Shown here piece by piece: positions 37,794 to 49,189 of a stretch of DNA of 64,000 nucleotides; position 1 is the stretch's first letter; every line of letters begins with the position of its first letter. The notes beneath the pieces were generated by a model. It saw nothing but the letters and a program-made list of their open reading frames with translations. It ran no database searches and was not told where the DNA came from. Position numbers and translations under genes: made by a program. The DNA lies in assembly GCA_951406725.2 (NCBI GenBank), contig OX597831.1, forward strand, positions 54,002,001-54,066,000. Direction: 5' to 3'. Source of the stretch: Octopus vulgaris (taxonomy: Eukaryota).

Positions 37794-38112
37794 GAGGGCG
37801 CGTGGCTTAGTGGTTAGGGCATTCGGCTCATGATCGTAAGGTTGTGAGTTCGATTCCCGGCGACGCGTTGTGTCCTTGAGCAAGACACTTTATTTCACGT
37901 TGCTCCAGTCCACTCAGCTGGCAAAAATGAGTTGTACTTGTATTTCAAAGGGTCAGCCTTGTCACTCTCTGTGTCACGCTGATTATCCCCGAGAACTACG
38001 TTAAGGGTACACGTGTCTGTGGAATGCTCAGCCATTTGCACGTTAATTTCACGAGCAAGCTGTTCCGTTGATCGTATCAGCTGGGACCCTCGTCGTCGTA
38101 ACCGGCGGAGTC
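37794..38112 (+). mobile_element. Young tRNA-derived SINE family B, full length
   Basis: A box 'tggcttagtgg', B box 'gagttcgattccc', central 'gtgtccttgagcaagacact...ccagtccactcagctg'; CpGs retained. Confidence 0.9.
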
Positions 38113-38113
38113 T

Positions 38114-38140
38114 TTATATATATATGTATATATGTGTGTG

Positions 38141-38177
<37 letters not shown>

Positions 38178-38229
38178 GTATATATGCGTGTGTATGTATA
38201 TATGTATATATGCGTGTGTATGTATATAT

Positions 38230-38263
<34 letters not shown>

Positions 38264-38588
38264 GTGTATGTATATATGCGTGTGTATGTATATATATATA
38301 TGTATATGTATATATGCGTGTGTATGTATATATATATATATATGTATATATGTGTGTATGTATATATGCGTGTGTATGTATATATATATATATATGTATA
38401 TATGTGTGTATGTATGTATGCGTGTGTATGTATATATATATATATATGTATATATGTGTGTGTATGTATGTATGTGCGTGTGTATATATATATCTTTGCT
38501 TATATATGTATACATATATGTATATGTATATATGTGTGTATGTGTGTGTATACATATATATATATATATATTTATATATATGTATATA
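38114..38588. repeat. Compound (TA)/(TATG)/(CGTG) microsatellite with higher-order ~30-bp unit
   Basis: Recurrent 'tatatatgcgtgtgtatgtatata'. Confidence 0.95.
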
Positions 38589-39730
38589 CTAGCTGGTGTA
38601 CCTGGTAATTCCCGGGCATAAAGATGTTCTATTGAAACGCCTTATTACTCTGATGTAAGAAAGCAATTTCATTATAACTGCCACAAAAATGTATTTTCCT
38701 TTATGAAAATGTACAAAATACTGTCAGCTGGAGGAGAGAGAGATTGTTGGAGGTTCATGAGAGGGGTTTTCGGAGGTTGGCGAGAGGTAAAGACATTATT
38801 CTGCTTAGCAAAAGCATCTGGGAAGTGTATAACTGCTGTCATTCACAGGAAAACTATTGTTTTACCGTGAGAAAAGCACTGTTGAGGTGTAAAGTGAAAT
38901 ATGACAGTTGAGGATCGAATCCATGTTATGCCTACATAAAGCCATTACAAATATGTTGTGGAGTAAAAAATTTATCTACTGTCATGGAAAAAGAGTATAA
39001 CTGTAAAACTGCAGAATTATCAGAGTAATGGGCATTCAAAAATGTATGTATGTATAGAAATGTATAAATGAAGTCTTTAATGTTTAAGTTTCAAATTAAG
39101 GAAGTGCAATAATAATATTTAACAATTCAAAACTGTGAATAGTGAAATGCAGAATTAGGTCGGCTGATCGTGAGTATCAAATATTGATTGCTTTGCTAAA
39201 ATCTATAGGTAGTATGAGTTAATCCCCTTGGGTTGTTTAAATAAAATATTAGTAATATGTACTAGATAGAAGGATCCATTGGAAGATCCTTTTTTTGATT
39301 TTTTTCAACAATCTAATTATGTCACCAGGTTTCCAGACATGAGTTCTACTCACATGTCAAAGTATAAAAGTGATATTGTTTGCAAAAATTAGAAATAGGA
39401 CACACAAAAAAAAATCAATATTCGAAGTAATTGAACACAAGCAATGAAATGGGTTATTCCTCTTCAGTGTTTAAAAAAAAAAAATATTGTACAAGTGCTG
39501 TGGGTTATTTCCCATGGGTGTTTATAATATAAAAATAGTTATGAGGTAGATATAAAGGTCCCTTCCATGGGCTCTATTATCAATTATTTTCAACAACCTA
39601 AGAATGCCACGAGGTTTCCAGACATGAGTTCTACTCACGTGTCAAGTTTCATCAAAATCAAAAAAAAAATGTAGGAGGAGTTAGCTAACAACGCCACAAA
39701 CACACACCACTTTTCCACATGTGTAGTAGA
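38589..39730 (-). mobile_element. Non-autonomous Helitron
   Basis: Minus strand starts TC (TCTACTAC) and ends CTAG, inserted between host A and T. Subterminal hairpin 'tgcccggg-aatta-ccaggta'. Helicase-like remnant QCFSHG at 38864-38881. Subterminal 'aagtttcatcaaaatc...ggaggagtt' block. Confidence 0.78.
39327..39645. repeat. ~34-bp direct repeat inside the Helitron
   Basis: aggtttccagacatgagttctactcac(a/g)tgtcaa at ~39327 and ~39612. Confidence 0.9.
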
Positions 39731-39743
39731 TGTGTATGTATAC

Positions 39744-39970
39744 GGCGAGCTGGCAGAAACGTTAGCGCGCCGGGCGAAATGCTTAGCGGTATTTCGTCTG
39801 TCGTTACGTTCTGAGTTCAAGTTCCGCCGAGGTCGACTTTGCCTTTCATCCCCTCGGGGTCAATAAATAAAGTACCAGTTTCGCACTGGGTCGATGTAAT
39901 CGACTTAATCCCTTTGTGTGTCCTTATTTGTCCCCTCTATGTTTAGCCCCTTGTGGGTAGTAAAGAAATA
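39744..39970 (+). mobile_element. Young tRNA-derived SINE family C
   Basis: 'ggcgagctggcagaaacgttagc...gagttcaagttccgccgaggtcgactttgcctttcatcc...aagtaccag'. Confidence 0.9.
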
Positions 39971-40038
39971 TATATGTATAGATGTGTATGTATACTTATA
40001 TGTATATATATATGTATATGAGTGCATGTATACATGCG

Positions 40039-40143
40039 CATACATGTCTGCAGGCATGTCTACATGTGCATGCACATACATGTCTGCATGCATGTCTACA
40101 TGTGCATGCACATACATGTCTACATGCACACACGTCTACATGC
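40039..40143. repeat. 36-bp minisatellite x~2.5, CATG-rich
   Basis: Unit catacatgtctgca(g/t)gcatgtctacatgtgcatgca. Confidence 0.85.
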
Positions 40144-40144
40144 C

Positions 40145-40887
40145 ATCAAAAAAGTCAGCAAATTTGGCCAATGGTTTCCTCACAAACTTTCGCAGTCTAA
40201 TCGCATGCAGACAGTGAATGTGTGCTCTTGTTTGCTGTCACATCTCACAAATGAATCGTGACTGGTGATGAGAAATGTCAAGTACTGAAGACAGTGGGTA
40301 GCAAAAGGAGAAACACCAGCATCCCAGGCTAAAGAAGGTCTTCACCCATGTAAAGTGTTGTTATCTCTTTGGTGAGGTATGAAAGGTTTAGTCCACTTTG
40401 AACTTTTAAGCCCAAAACAAACACTAACAAAGGAGATCTACTGTGAGCAGCTGGAGCAGCTTAAGTCAGCGCTAGAAGAAAAATGATCATCTTTGGTTTC
40501 AAGACGAAAGGTGTCTTTCCATCAGGATAATGCTCAGCCACATAAAGTGAGGATGACACTCCAAAGGCTGGAGCAATTTGAATAGGAAACAATGCTCCAC
40601 CCACTATATTTGCCAGACATTTCCCCATCTAACTATCATTTATTCCACAGTCTTCAAAATCATTTGGATTGAAAAATATGAATTTTGTAGATGAGGTCAG
40701 AACAGTACTGGAGGAGTATTTTTCATCATGGACAAATGAATTTTGGAAGAGGGGCCTTGCAAGCCTATCAAATACCTGGTATTATAGAAAATGAAGGAGT
40801 GTATATTTTAGATTAAAGAACCTTATCCTAATTTTGAAAAGTAAATGAAGTGTAAAAAAAAAAAACACTATTTATGGGATGACACAA
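40145..40887 (+). mobile_element. mariner element, 5'-truncated, with decayed transposase and right TIR
   Basis: GQWFPHKLS, VTGDEK, FHQDNAQPH, HPLYLPDISPSNYHLFHSLQNHL, IENEGVYILD*; TIR 'cactatttatgggatgacacaa' followed by TA. Confidence 0.92.
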
Positions 40888-40980
40888 TACATGTATGTGT
40901 ATGCATATATATGTGTATATATATATGTATGTATATATGTGTGTGTCTGCACATTATATATATATATATATATATATATA

Positions 40981-41005
40981 TCATCATCATCATCATCATC
41001 GTTTA
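40981..41005 (-). mobile_element. Ultra-short RTE 3' tail inserted in (TA)n
   Basis: (TA)n-(TCA)6-tcgttta-(TA)n; the reverse complement 'taaacgatgatgat...' is the RTE terminus. Confidence 0.6.
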
Positions 41006-41401
41006 TATATATATATATATATAGTTCGTTTTGGGATTTGGTTTGCAAATATAAAATATGCAACCCAATAGATAATCTGTCCCTGACAGAACTCTTCCCC
41101 ACATTCCATCTTCCCTACACAAGTTCTCTCTTTCACCTCCACCTGTGCTTAACATCTGCTGTATCTATCTCTCCTCTTTCTCCCTGATGTTCCTGTTAAT
41201 CTTTACCCCTACAGCATACCCTCCTAACAATCCCCCCTCTATTGCTGTCCACTCACTCTACTTCCCTCCCCCTTTCACCTCACACTCTCCTTTCACCACT
41301 CACCTTATCCAACCCTTGGGTCCACTTATGTACATCTCCCTTTAACCTGAGTTACAGGGAGTTGTATACTTAAGTGAAACCAAATAACCTTAATGTGTAG
41401 C

Positions 41402-41533
41402 TAGATATTCTGTTGTTAGATGGAACCATTGAAGTAAAATCAAGAAATATTTCTCTAATTGCTTTAAACAGTGAAGAATAGCTTGTACTTTCGTGTTTTA
41501 TTTAAATAGTTCCATCTAGCTACAGAATATCTA
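41402..41533. repeat. Inverted repeat, ~45-bp arms (MITE-like)
   Basis: tagatattctgttgttagatggaaccattgaagtaaaa vs reverse complement tagatattctgtagctagatggaactatttaaataaaa. Confidence 0.85.
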
Positions 41534-41659
41534 TTTGCAAATTTATCTAAATGATAAACACTAAAGCATCTTATATGAAAATCATGTGTGATGCCGGAAA
41601 TTGATTAAAGCAAATTTTCAATTGGTTTTAAATGGAGGTAGACCTGTATCAATGCTTTT

Positions 41660-42150
41660 TGCAACCTCTCTAAGATGGGTGAGATTAATGTAGTTGATAT
41701 TCCTGTTGAACAGTTGTATGTTGATAGTGGTAGGGAAAACATGCTGGTAGAGAATTTCTGAGGTCCAATGTTTTAGGTGGGGCAAAATAAGTATAATAGT
41801 TATTGCATAGGCTTGAACATTGGTGCATTCAGTATAAGTGATGAGGGAAGGAAATGAGTGAGTAGAGGGTGGTAGAAGATCATTCAGTTCTGAGGAACAG
41901 AGGCCACTGTAGTAATACAGGAAAAGGCAGACACAACTTGTCTGTGAGCTAGAGTTTGGTGTGATAGTAACTTCATGTCAGTCAGTTAAGTGGATTTTCT
42001 TTGAAAGTTGTCATGGATGTGCATGTTTAATGATAACTGATCTGTATGTGAATGAAGTATTTAATAGTTGTTGGGATCTGAAGTATTTTCTGACTCAGAA
42101 AAAGGCTAGTCTTTACTAAGTTTAGTATGTATATTCAACCAGCAGAGATT
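41660..42150 (-). mobile_element. CR1/Jockey-like LINE 3' remnant (same family as 5230-6200)
   Basis: Minus strand CLFLYYYSGLCSSEL. Confidence 0.6.
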
Positions 42151-42565
42151 CGCAGTAATGATGAGTAATGATGTAGTAATGATGAGATTCGCAGTAATGA
42201 TGTAGCAACATAAAGTAACTAGAACATGAATATTTTTATTTTATAAATTTTAATAATTAATGCCCTTAGCATTTTGTATTTATTTTCATTAGATCATAAT
42301 AACCTTAAATACTGAATGATTTTGCATACTTTTTAATATATTTCATATTCTAGAACAGAACTGTAATGAAACAAAGTTTTCATTGTCATATTTGATTTTC
42401 TTAATAGAAACCTGAAAAATCAAATATTAAGCACAAGATCAGCATAAGATTAAAAAAGAATGGAAACTGAATTTTTTTTTTATCAAGTATGCCCATTTAT
42501 TGTTGTATATTACTCTAGTTTTCAAAAATCCTAATATAAATTAGCATAATCTAGATGAAAATTAA

Positions 42566-42781
42566 CCCTTTAACATTCAAATCACCCTTATCCAGCTCAA
42601 ATATTCTACTTGTTTTATGTTTAAATCAGCCACACCTGGCCTCTCACACCTTCTCTACAATGTCATTCTAAAAATAAACAATCTCATCCTGAAGATAGGA
42701 GATAATTCGAGATTAATTCAAAACAATGTAAATAAATAAATAAATATTACATTTGACTGAGTAATCTGAATGTTAATAGTT
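42566..42781. mobile_element. piggyBac-type MITE
   Basis: TTAA-CCCTTTAACATTCAaatcacc ... gagtaatcTGAATGTTAATAGT-t-TTAA. Confidence 0.75.
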
Positions 42782-43289
42782 TTAAAGAAAGAATCTAGGA
42801 AGGAAGTGTCAAAAATTAAGTAAATTAGTCATCCAATTAATGTAAGCCATGAGGGAAATTTGCTCAGATGACCAAATGTAATTTTCGTTTATTAATCTCC
42901 TGTACAAATAACTTGTGTACTATTTCTTTTTATGTCCTCAATAAAAATTATCACGCTCTGTATATCATAAATATAAGCTATTTCTATGAAGTTGTCTTTA
43001 AAAATGGAAAAGTAAGCTAATAACTTTAAACTCTGAGATATGGCATTTATTTAATTCCATTTTCTCATAAAAGATATATTTTACACGTATCCATAGTTTC
43101 AGTAAAATATTCTTTTAATATTTTGCTTGTTTCAATCATTAGACTGTAGCCTTAAAGGTTTTCGTTGACTATCTCTACATTCTAGTACTCATTTCATTTC
43201 ATGTTGGAAGGTAAAATGACTGTTAACTTCACCATTCAATCCTATATCTTCCTCATTCTTGCTCTTCCTCTCATTCCTTCTATTTTGAA

Positions 43290-43720
43290 TTACTGGGCAC
43301 TTTTTACTCAACTACTATCTTCCATACACACCACATCTATGCCAGCACAGTTTCTTCTCTTACACACAGTTGCTGATTTCTCTTTTATCCAGTTTTTCTC
43401 AGTTCATCTATGCTCCACAATTCATTCATACTGACATTGCACATCCAGTGGATTAGGCTTGTCTCATTTCTTTCCAGCTTTGCACATCCTCCACATTCAG
43501 TGCCTGTGTTTCACTATCAAGTAATATCTCAGTTGGTGCATAAGCATCATACAATATGACCTTCACTTGGAGAAGAGCTGCTTTTGCTGTCAGCATGGGC
43601 AAAAGCTTTCTGTAAACTTTCCACCTCATTCTTCCTCTGGCCCATATTCTTTCAGAACATCTATCTGCATTGCTGATTAGTTCATTAACTTAATAAAACC
43701 TGTCAAATACTTCTAGGAAA
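43290..43720 (-). mobile_element. Old RTE LINE fragment (post-RT region)
   Basis: Minus strand RCSERIWARGRMRW..RKLLPMLTAK..QVKVILYDAY, homologous to 59630-59760. Confidence 0.7.
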
Positions 43721-44210
43721 GAGGGTCAAGTATTTCAAAAGAATTCATTTTCTTGGGTTTTTTTATATACAGCTGAACTTGTATAGAGTTTCTCTCTACT
43801 TATTCCAGTCACAAGGATTAAGTTAACCTAAGGCACTTGCCTAATGTTCCATGCAGTGGAATCAAATCTTGAACCAAGTAATTTCAAAGCAGATTTCTTG
43901 TGGCCTTATCGAAAATATCTTATCTCAGTAATTTTAAGCTGCTATTATAAATCTTTTTTTCACATTAGCATTTTATTGGCTTTTTTTCACTAAGCTCATT
44001 ACCCATACTGCAGTCAAGATCATATATATGATGTTGAGGTACACATCATTTACATAGCTTAAGATTTGCATAAAAAGCTTTTTCTTTTCTTTTGTACCTA
44101 CTTCCTAATGTAGAATTGATGTGGCTAGGTCTAATACCAACATTTTGGGGGTGGTGGCTAATCAATTTACTGAAGCCCTAGCACTCATATTGTAAATCAT
44201 GAGAATATTG

Positions 44211-44422
44211 GTTATAAATTTTGGCACAAGGCCAGGAATTTTGTTGGTTGGAGTAAGTTGTTTACATTGACCCCAGTGCTCAACTGGTGTTTATTTTATC
44301 AACCCCAAAAGGATGAAAGGCAAAGTCAACCTCGGCAGAATTTGAACTCAGAAAGTAAAGACAGACAAAATGCTATTAAGCATTTTAACTGGCATACTAA
44401 CGATTCTGCTAGCTTACTGCCT
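44211..44422 (-). mobile_element. SINE family C with 18-bp TSD
   Basis: 'ggatgaaaggcaaagtcaacctcggcagaatttgaactcag'; flanks taaatcatgagaatattg / taaatcacaagaatattg. Confidence 0.88.
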
Positions 44423-44986
44423 TAAATCACAAGAATATTGAAACTATTAAGAATTGAAACCGTTTTATTATAATTAGAAAATTATCCATTATTTACTATT
44501 TGAATGATAAATCTTTAGCATTTCGACTATTTATATTAACTCCTTTAATATAATATATTGACAACAGTTGCTGCCAATGTACATTCACTAAGTGATTCTA
44601 TCATCACTTCTTAGGCAACTAGAGTGAAAGTTAACCAATGAGGTCATATTAAGATCAAAACCTATCTGGAGTTGTCTTGCAGACTTAACTGAATAATAAA
44701 AATATTATTAACTAATAGTGATTTTTTTTTTTTTTCTCATTCAATAACGGACAGTCAACATCCATTGACATGGCTGCAAAAGCAATGAAAATTTTGAAAG
44801 AAAAATATAAATGAGTGGAAATTGAACCAGTGCGTGTGTTAGATAATAAGGCATTAAGACAATATGACTCTCTCCAGACACAACATAATTTGCTTCAACA
44901 CATGAGTTGACATTAAGACTCTTGCAAACCAGATACAACATCAAAATAATCATATCTAGCTATATTTCTAATGCTCTCTACATTAA

Positions 44987-46023
44987 CCCTTTCGTTACCA
45001 AACCGCCCAAACCCGCCCGTATTTACCTATTCATATTTAAATGAGAATATCAGAGCAAATCTCTTTAGTACATTCGTGAAAACACGTATTATACTTCGTA
45101 AACAGTTCAACTACAGTTTTGTACAACAATTGAAGTGTAATTTTAATTCCGTGAATTTTGGGAGATTTTTTTCCGAAATTTGTTCCTATTGTGTTTTCAA
45201 AATTTGTAATTCTGACAAAAAATGGATACGAATTTCATTATATCAAGCAGCGAGTCGGAATTCGAAGGATTTTCTACTGAAGACCTTCATAAATCTAACT
45301 CTATGACTGAAAAAAAAAGCACGTGGTATTTGATAATGAATCTGATGTTTCATTTTCCGAAAGTGAAAACAGTGAATCCGAGAGCTCCGACAGCGATAAA
45401 GAAAATGAATTGGCACCTGAATAGAGTGAAAATTTAAAAACTGTTTCTTTCGGTGATTTTTCTGAAGAAACTGGACCAAGCCACAGACTTTCCCAGGAGA
45501 GTAAAGCCTTAGACTATTTCTTTTTACTTTTTTGAATGAGCCTATTTGAAATCATTACGGCGGAAACGAACCGTTACGCTAAATGTAAGCAAAGCGAAAG
45601 AAAGGATAGTTAGTGGTTTCCCACAACCTTAAATGAAATTAAGACTATTTTGCCATAAATAATATTATGGGTATCAGAAAGTTACCCAGAATAACAAATT
45701 CTATCGTAAAATTTTGTTGTATACCCAATTGAATATTAGCTAATAACCCATTTTCTATAGCGATGTTTGAACAAAATTTTAATAATTTTATATTTTGTGG
45801 AATTTACCTGTATCTACCTGCAATTAGAGTCACTTTGTGACAAAAATTATAGTATAGAATTGGTTGAAAACATTTCATTAAATTATCTTCCAAAAATCAC
45901 TTTAATATATTAATAAAAAAGTTATAGTTGTTTAATGAAACCAGACTAAATTTATGATTATGTTAGAAATTAATTGAAACACATAAGGGGTGTATTTTGG
46001 TCAGAAATATAGTAACGAAAGGT
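44987..46023 (+). mobile_element. Internally deleted piggyBac element with both TIRs and TTAA TSD
   Basis: TTAA-CCCTTTCGTTAC ... GTAACGAAAGGT-TTAA. N-terminal transposase remnant MDTNFIISSSESEFEGF...ALDYFFLLF..LFEIITAETNRYA..PTTLNEIK..IMGIRKLP. Confidence 0.9.
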
Positions 46024-46067
46024 TTAACACTAAGTGTTATAACTGTCTTACAATATTAGTTATGGAG

Positions 46068-46192
46068 GTTGACTTAGCTTTTCATCCATTCAGGGTCAAT
46101 GAAATAAGTACCAGTTGAGCACTGGAGTCAGTGCAATCAACTTACTCTCTCCCACCAAATTGATAGCCTTCTGCCAAAAATTTGAAACCAGA
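46068..46192 (+). mobile_element. 5'-truncated SINE family C with perfect 13-bp TSD
   Basis: attagttatggag on both sides; 'ttttcatccattcagggtcaatgaaataagtaccagttgagcactgg'. Confidence 0.85.
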
Positions 46193-46777
46193 ATTAGTTA
46201 TGGAGTTGTTTCATACCATTGTTTTTGAATGGCCTGAAAGTAAATGCAATATGTTGGTGTGGGTTTTTTTTTTGTTTTATTTCTATATGATAAATGTTTG
46301 GTTTACAAAGATGAGAATGGTGTTGAAACTTTGATATCGTAAAGAACAAAGACATTTCACTACTGCTTTATTTACATATACCTTTTGGTCCAAAGAAAAA
46401 TTGCCCTTTATCTCATATTCGTTCTTTTGATTACTGTTCCTTTGTTTCTAACACACACATACACATTCTAATACACGCATTCATACGACCATGAATGCAG
46501 ATGCACAGCCAATCTCATTAAAATGTAATCATGATGTACTAACAAGGGAAGCATTTACAAATTGCTAAAAACAGCAGTTAATGTCTTAAATGATATATGG
46601 TATGTGCAAAAGGATAGTGTGGATGCTTGGAATGCCTTTAAGAATAGGTGTACTTGTTCAGGACTGACCTGCTTTCATAAATATGTTCTGTTATATCTAA
46701 GAATCCAGATATTTTACTGAATGATTATTTAAATTGAAATTAATGAGTTACTCTTTGAAATCTTAATTTATATTATA

Positions 46778-47012
46778 AGGGTAGTGAACTGGCTTAGGAC
46801 AATGGTCTGTCAGAAACATTAATGACTCAAACAAATTACATTGTGGATTTGTTCTAACTCTTTACATTGTGACTACAAATCCCACCAAGGTCATCTCCTT
46901 CATGCTTCTTTGATCAATAAAATAAAGTACCAGTCATATACTGGGGTGAATTTAATCAGCTAACCCCCTCTCCTCAAATTTGTGACCTTGTGCTTGTATT
47001 AGAAATCAATAT
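46778..47012 (+). mobile_element. SINE family C, decayed
   Basis: 'ggtagtgaactggc...caataaaataaagtaccagtc...aaatttgtgaccttgtgc'. Confidence 0.65.
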
Positions 47013-48489
47013 TTTAATGGTAATTAATTACTGATTTATCCTCAACCAGTCAGTCCATTCTACTTTGATTAAGTAAACAATTTAATTATCTAAAAATCAT
47101 TTACTTGCCTTTTTAGCTATATTGATTTTTTTTCTGTCTACTGAAATTTTTAGTTGGTTTCTAGTTGATTGAGAAGCAAGTACTTGTATAACAAGAAAAT
47201 TTCAGTTCACCTTTTTAACTTTTTTTTTCCATTTGACTGGTTATTATATTAAGTACTTCCCTTACTTTTCACTAATTAATTTCCATTCACTAAATACTGC
47301 ATAGTTTCACTATTAATTCCAGACTTATCAAGTGACCTGAATATAATTTTTTTTTTCTTTAAACATAACTGGTGTGTTCTTAAAACATTACTAGTAATCT
47401 TGATTATTTGAATATTAAATTTATCTTAGTTGCAGAATGTTAAAATTGATAATTTCTAACTTCTTTATATATGAAAAAAAAAAAAAAGTTTGTGTAATAA
47501 AAATTCTAAATGTATTTCTTTTATTTTTTGGGAATTTAGTTTGCTTTCCTTATTTAGCTGAATGTTGATTCATTGTTTCCATATTGGAGCAGAATCCCTG
47601 AATTACTATTTCTGTTATAAGAGTTGGATAATGTTATTGTTGGTAACCACATCTTCTCCATTAGCCTGTAAGATTTGAGCCTAGGGTTATTGTATAGCAA
47701 ATCTATTATCAGTTTTACTGGAAATTATTGAAATTTTACAATTGTATTTATGCCATATATGAAATGAGAGACAAAGATGATGTTAGATCTATCCATATTC
47801 ACCCCCCAACCACCTCATGTATGTCACCACTCATCTTACTCTCAAATCACAATGCCTGCATAATGAGAGGTTGCAGCAGATATGCTGAAGCTCTCTCTCT
47901 CTCTCTCTCTCTCTAGCAAATATGTAGCTATCTTTGTGTCTCTTTTTCTCATCACTGAGTATCAAATAAAAATTGCATCAGATCTAACGGTATCTAATAC
48001 CCACCTACTATCACTTTTCTACTAGCAAACATTTAGCTATCAGAAATGCCTTGCATTGTGCAACTACCTACCTTTGTATACTGCTAACTGCAACTCCCAT
48101 TCTCTCCCCACAGATCACTTTTCATTAACATCCATCATGCTCTTACCACTGACCACTTCTACAACTATCCATCACTTTCCTAGTTTGCTTTGCAACTCAT
48201 GTTTCCCTCATAACACCCTGCCAGTACTGTCCCTCTTTTATTGCTGCTCCCTGTAGCACTGTCTTTTCCATTTTCTCTCTTCTTCCACACTTTTCCCTGC
48301 CATATTCTCCCTTTCACCTTAGATTTACCTTCTGCAGTCACCCTGTCTCTTCCACACTCTCTTGGCCACATTGCCCTGAATAAATGTAATCCCTTCTCCT
48401 ACATACCTTATTGGTCCTCTTGTCCCAATTAAACAGGGGCACTATACAGTGTGAGAATCTCTTTTGTCTTGCTAGGTACAAATTAACCT

Positions 48490-48710
48490 TACTAGTGCTG
48501 GCTGCAAGATAAAGTGAACTTAATATACTCTGAAGTGGTTGGTGTTAGGAAGGGTATCCAACTGTAGAAACAATAGCAAAGAAAATGTATGAGTGTGATG
48601 TGGTCTCCTGACACATCTAAGAAGTCAGTTACTCCATATAAAGACTGAGTCTGCAACAACCCAATCAACCCCTGCCAGCATGGAGAACAGGCACCAAATG
48701 ATGATGATAT
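48490..48710 (+). mobile_element. RTE 3' UTR fragment
   Basis: 'gtggttggtgttaggaagggtatccaactgtagaaac...caacccctgccagcatggagaa' plus (GAT)n. Confidence 0.75.
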
Positions 48711-49153
48711 ACTTATGTGATTGTAAATTATCAATTCTAATTACCATAATGTCACCATCTAATATTGAAAATGTGAAAAAAATTACAAAATTTAGTATGA
48801 TGTTTTGATTCTGTAAATTATATAAGTTACAAGGGTATATCAAGTAGTCCCTTCCTCCTGTAGTATCAGGCTGCCATAAAATGCAATCAGATTTCTATAA
48901 TAGTTGATAGAATGCCCTTTTGTGCTTTTAATACTTTTGCATTCTGCAGTCTACAGAAAAAGGGATTTCAAAAGTTTTCTTTTTCTACTGGGTTGTTTTC
49001 AGAGCATCCCAATTACATGACATGTGTCTAAGAAACACTAAGTTGTTTTTACAATATTGTCTTGCTGATCACTTCTAGCAGTATGGGATTTTTATTAACT
49101 TACTTTGTGGTTCTATAATATCTTTGGCTTAAACATGGTCTTTTCTCTTTTAG

Positions 49154-49189
49154 TATATGTATATGCAAACAAAAGCAACTTCTGATCAG
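49154..49189 (+). other. Candidate 36-nt frame-preserving microexon
   Basis: ggcttaaac...tcttttctcttttAG|tatatg...gatCAG|GTAAGG; open in two frames (YMYMQTKATSDQ / ICICKQKQLLI). Confidence 0.3.

Noticed and set aside
37794-37865. tRNA-like sequence
   Set aside because: It is the tRNA-derived head of a SINE, continuing into the SINE body with no proper acceptor stem
37587-38621. Long ORFs rich in Y/I/C/V/M or H/T (up to 202 aa)
   Set aside because: Translations of TA/TG microsatellites; not genes. The same applies to ORFs at 26369, 27582-28051, 39905-40261 and 40872.
42146-42205. Short local duplications (gagattcgcagtaatgatg x2; also 14783-14823 and 24502-24556)
   Set aside because: Ordinary slippage duplications
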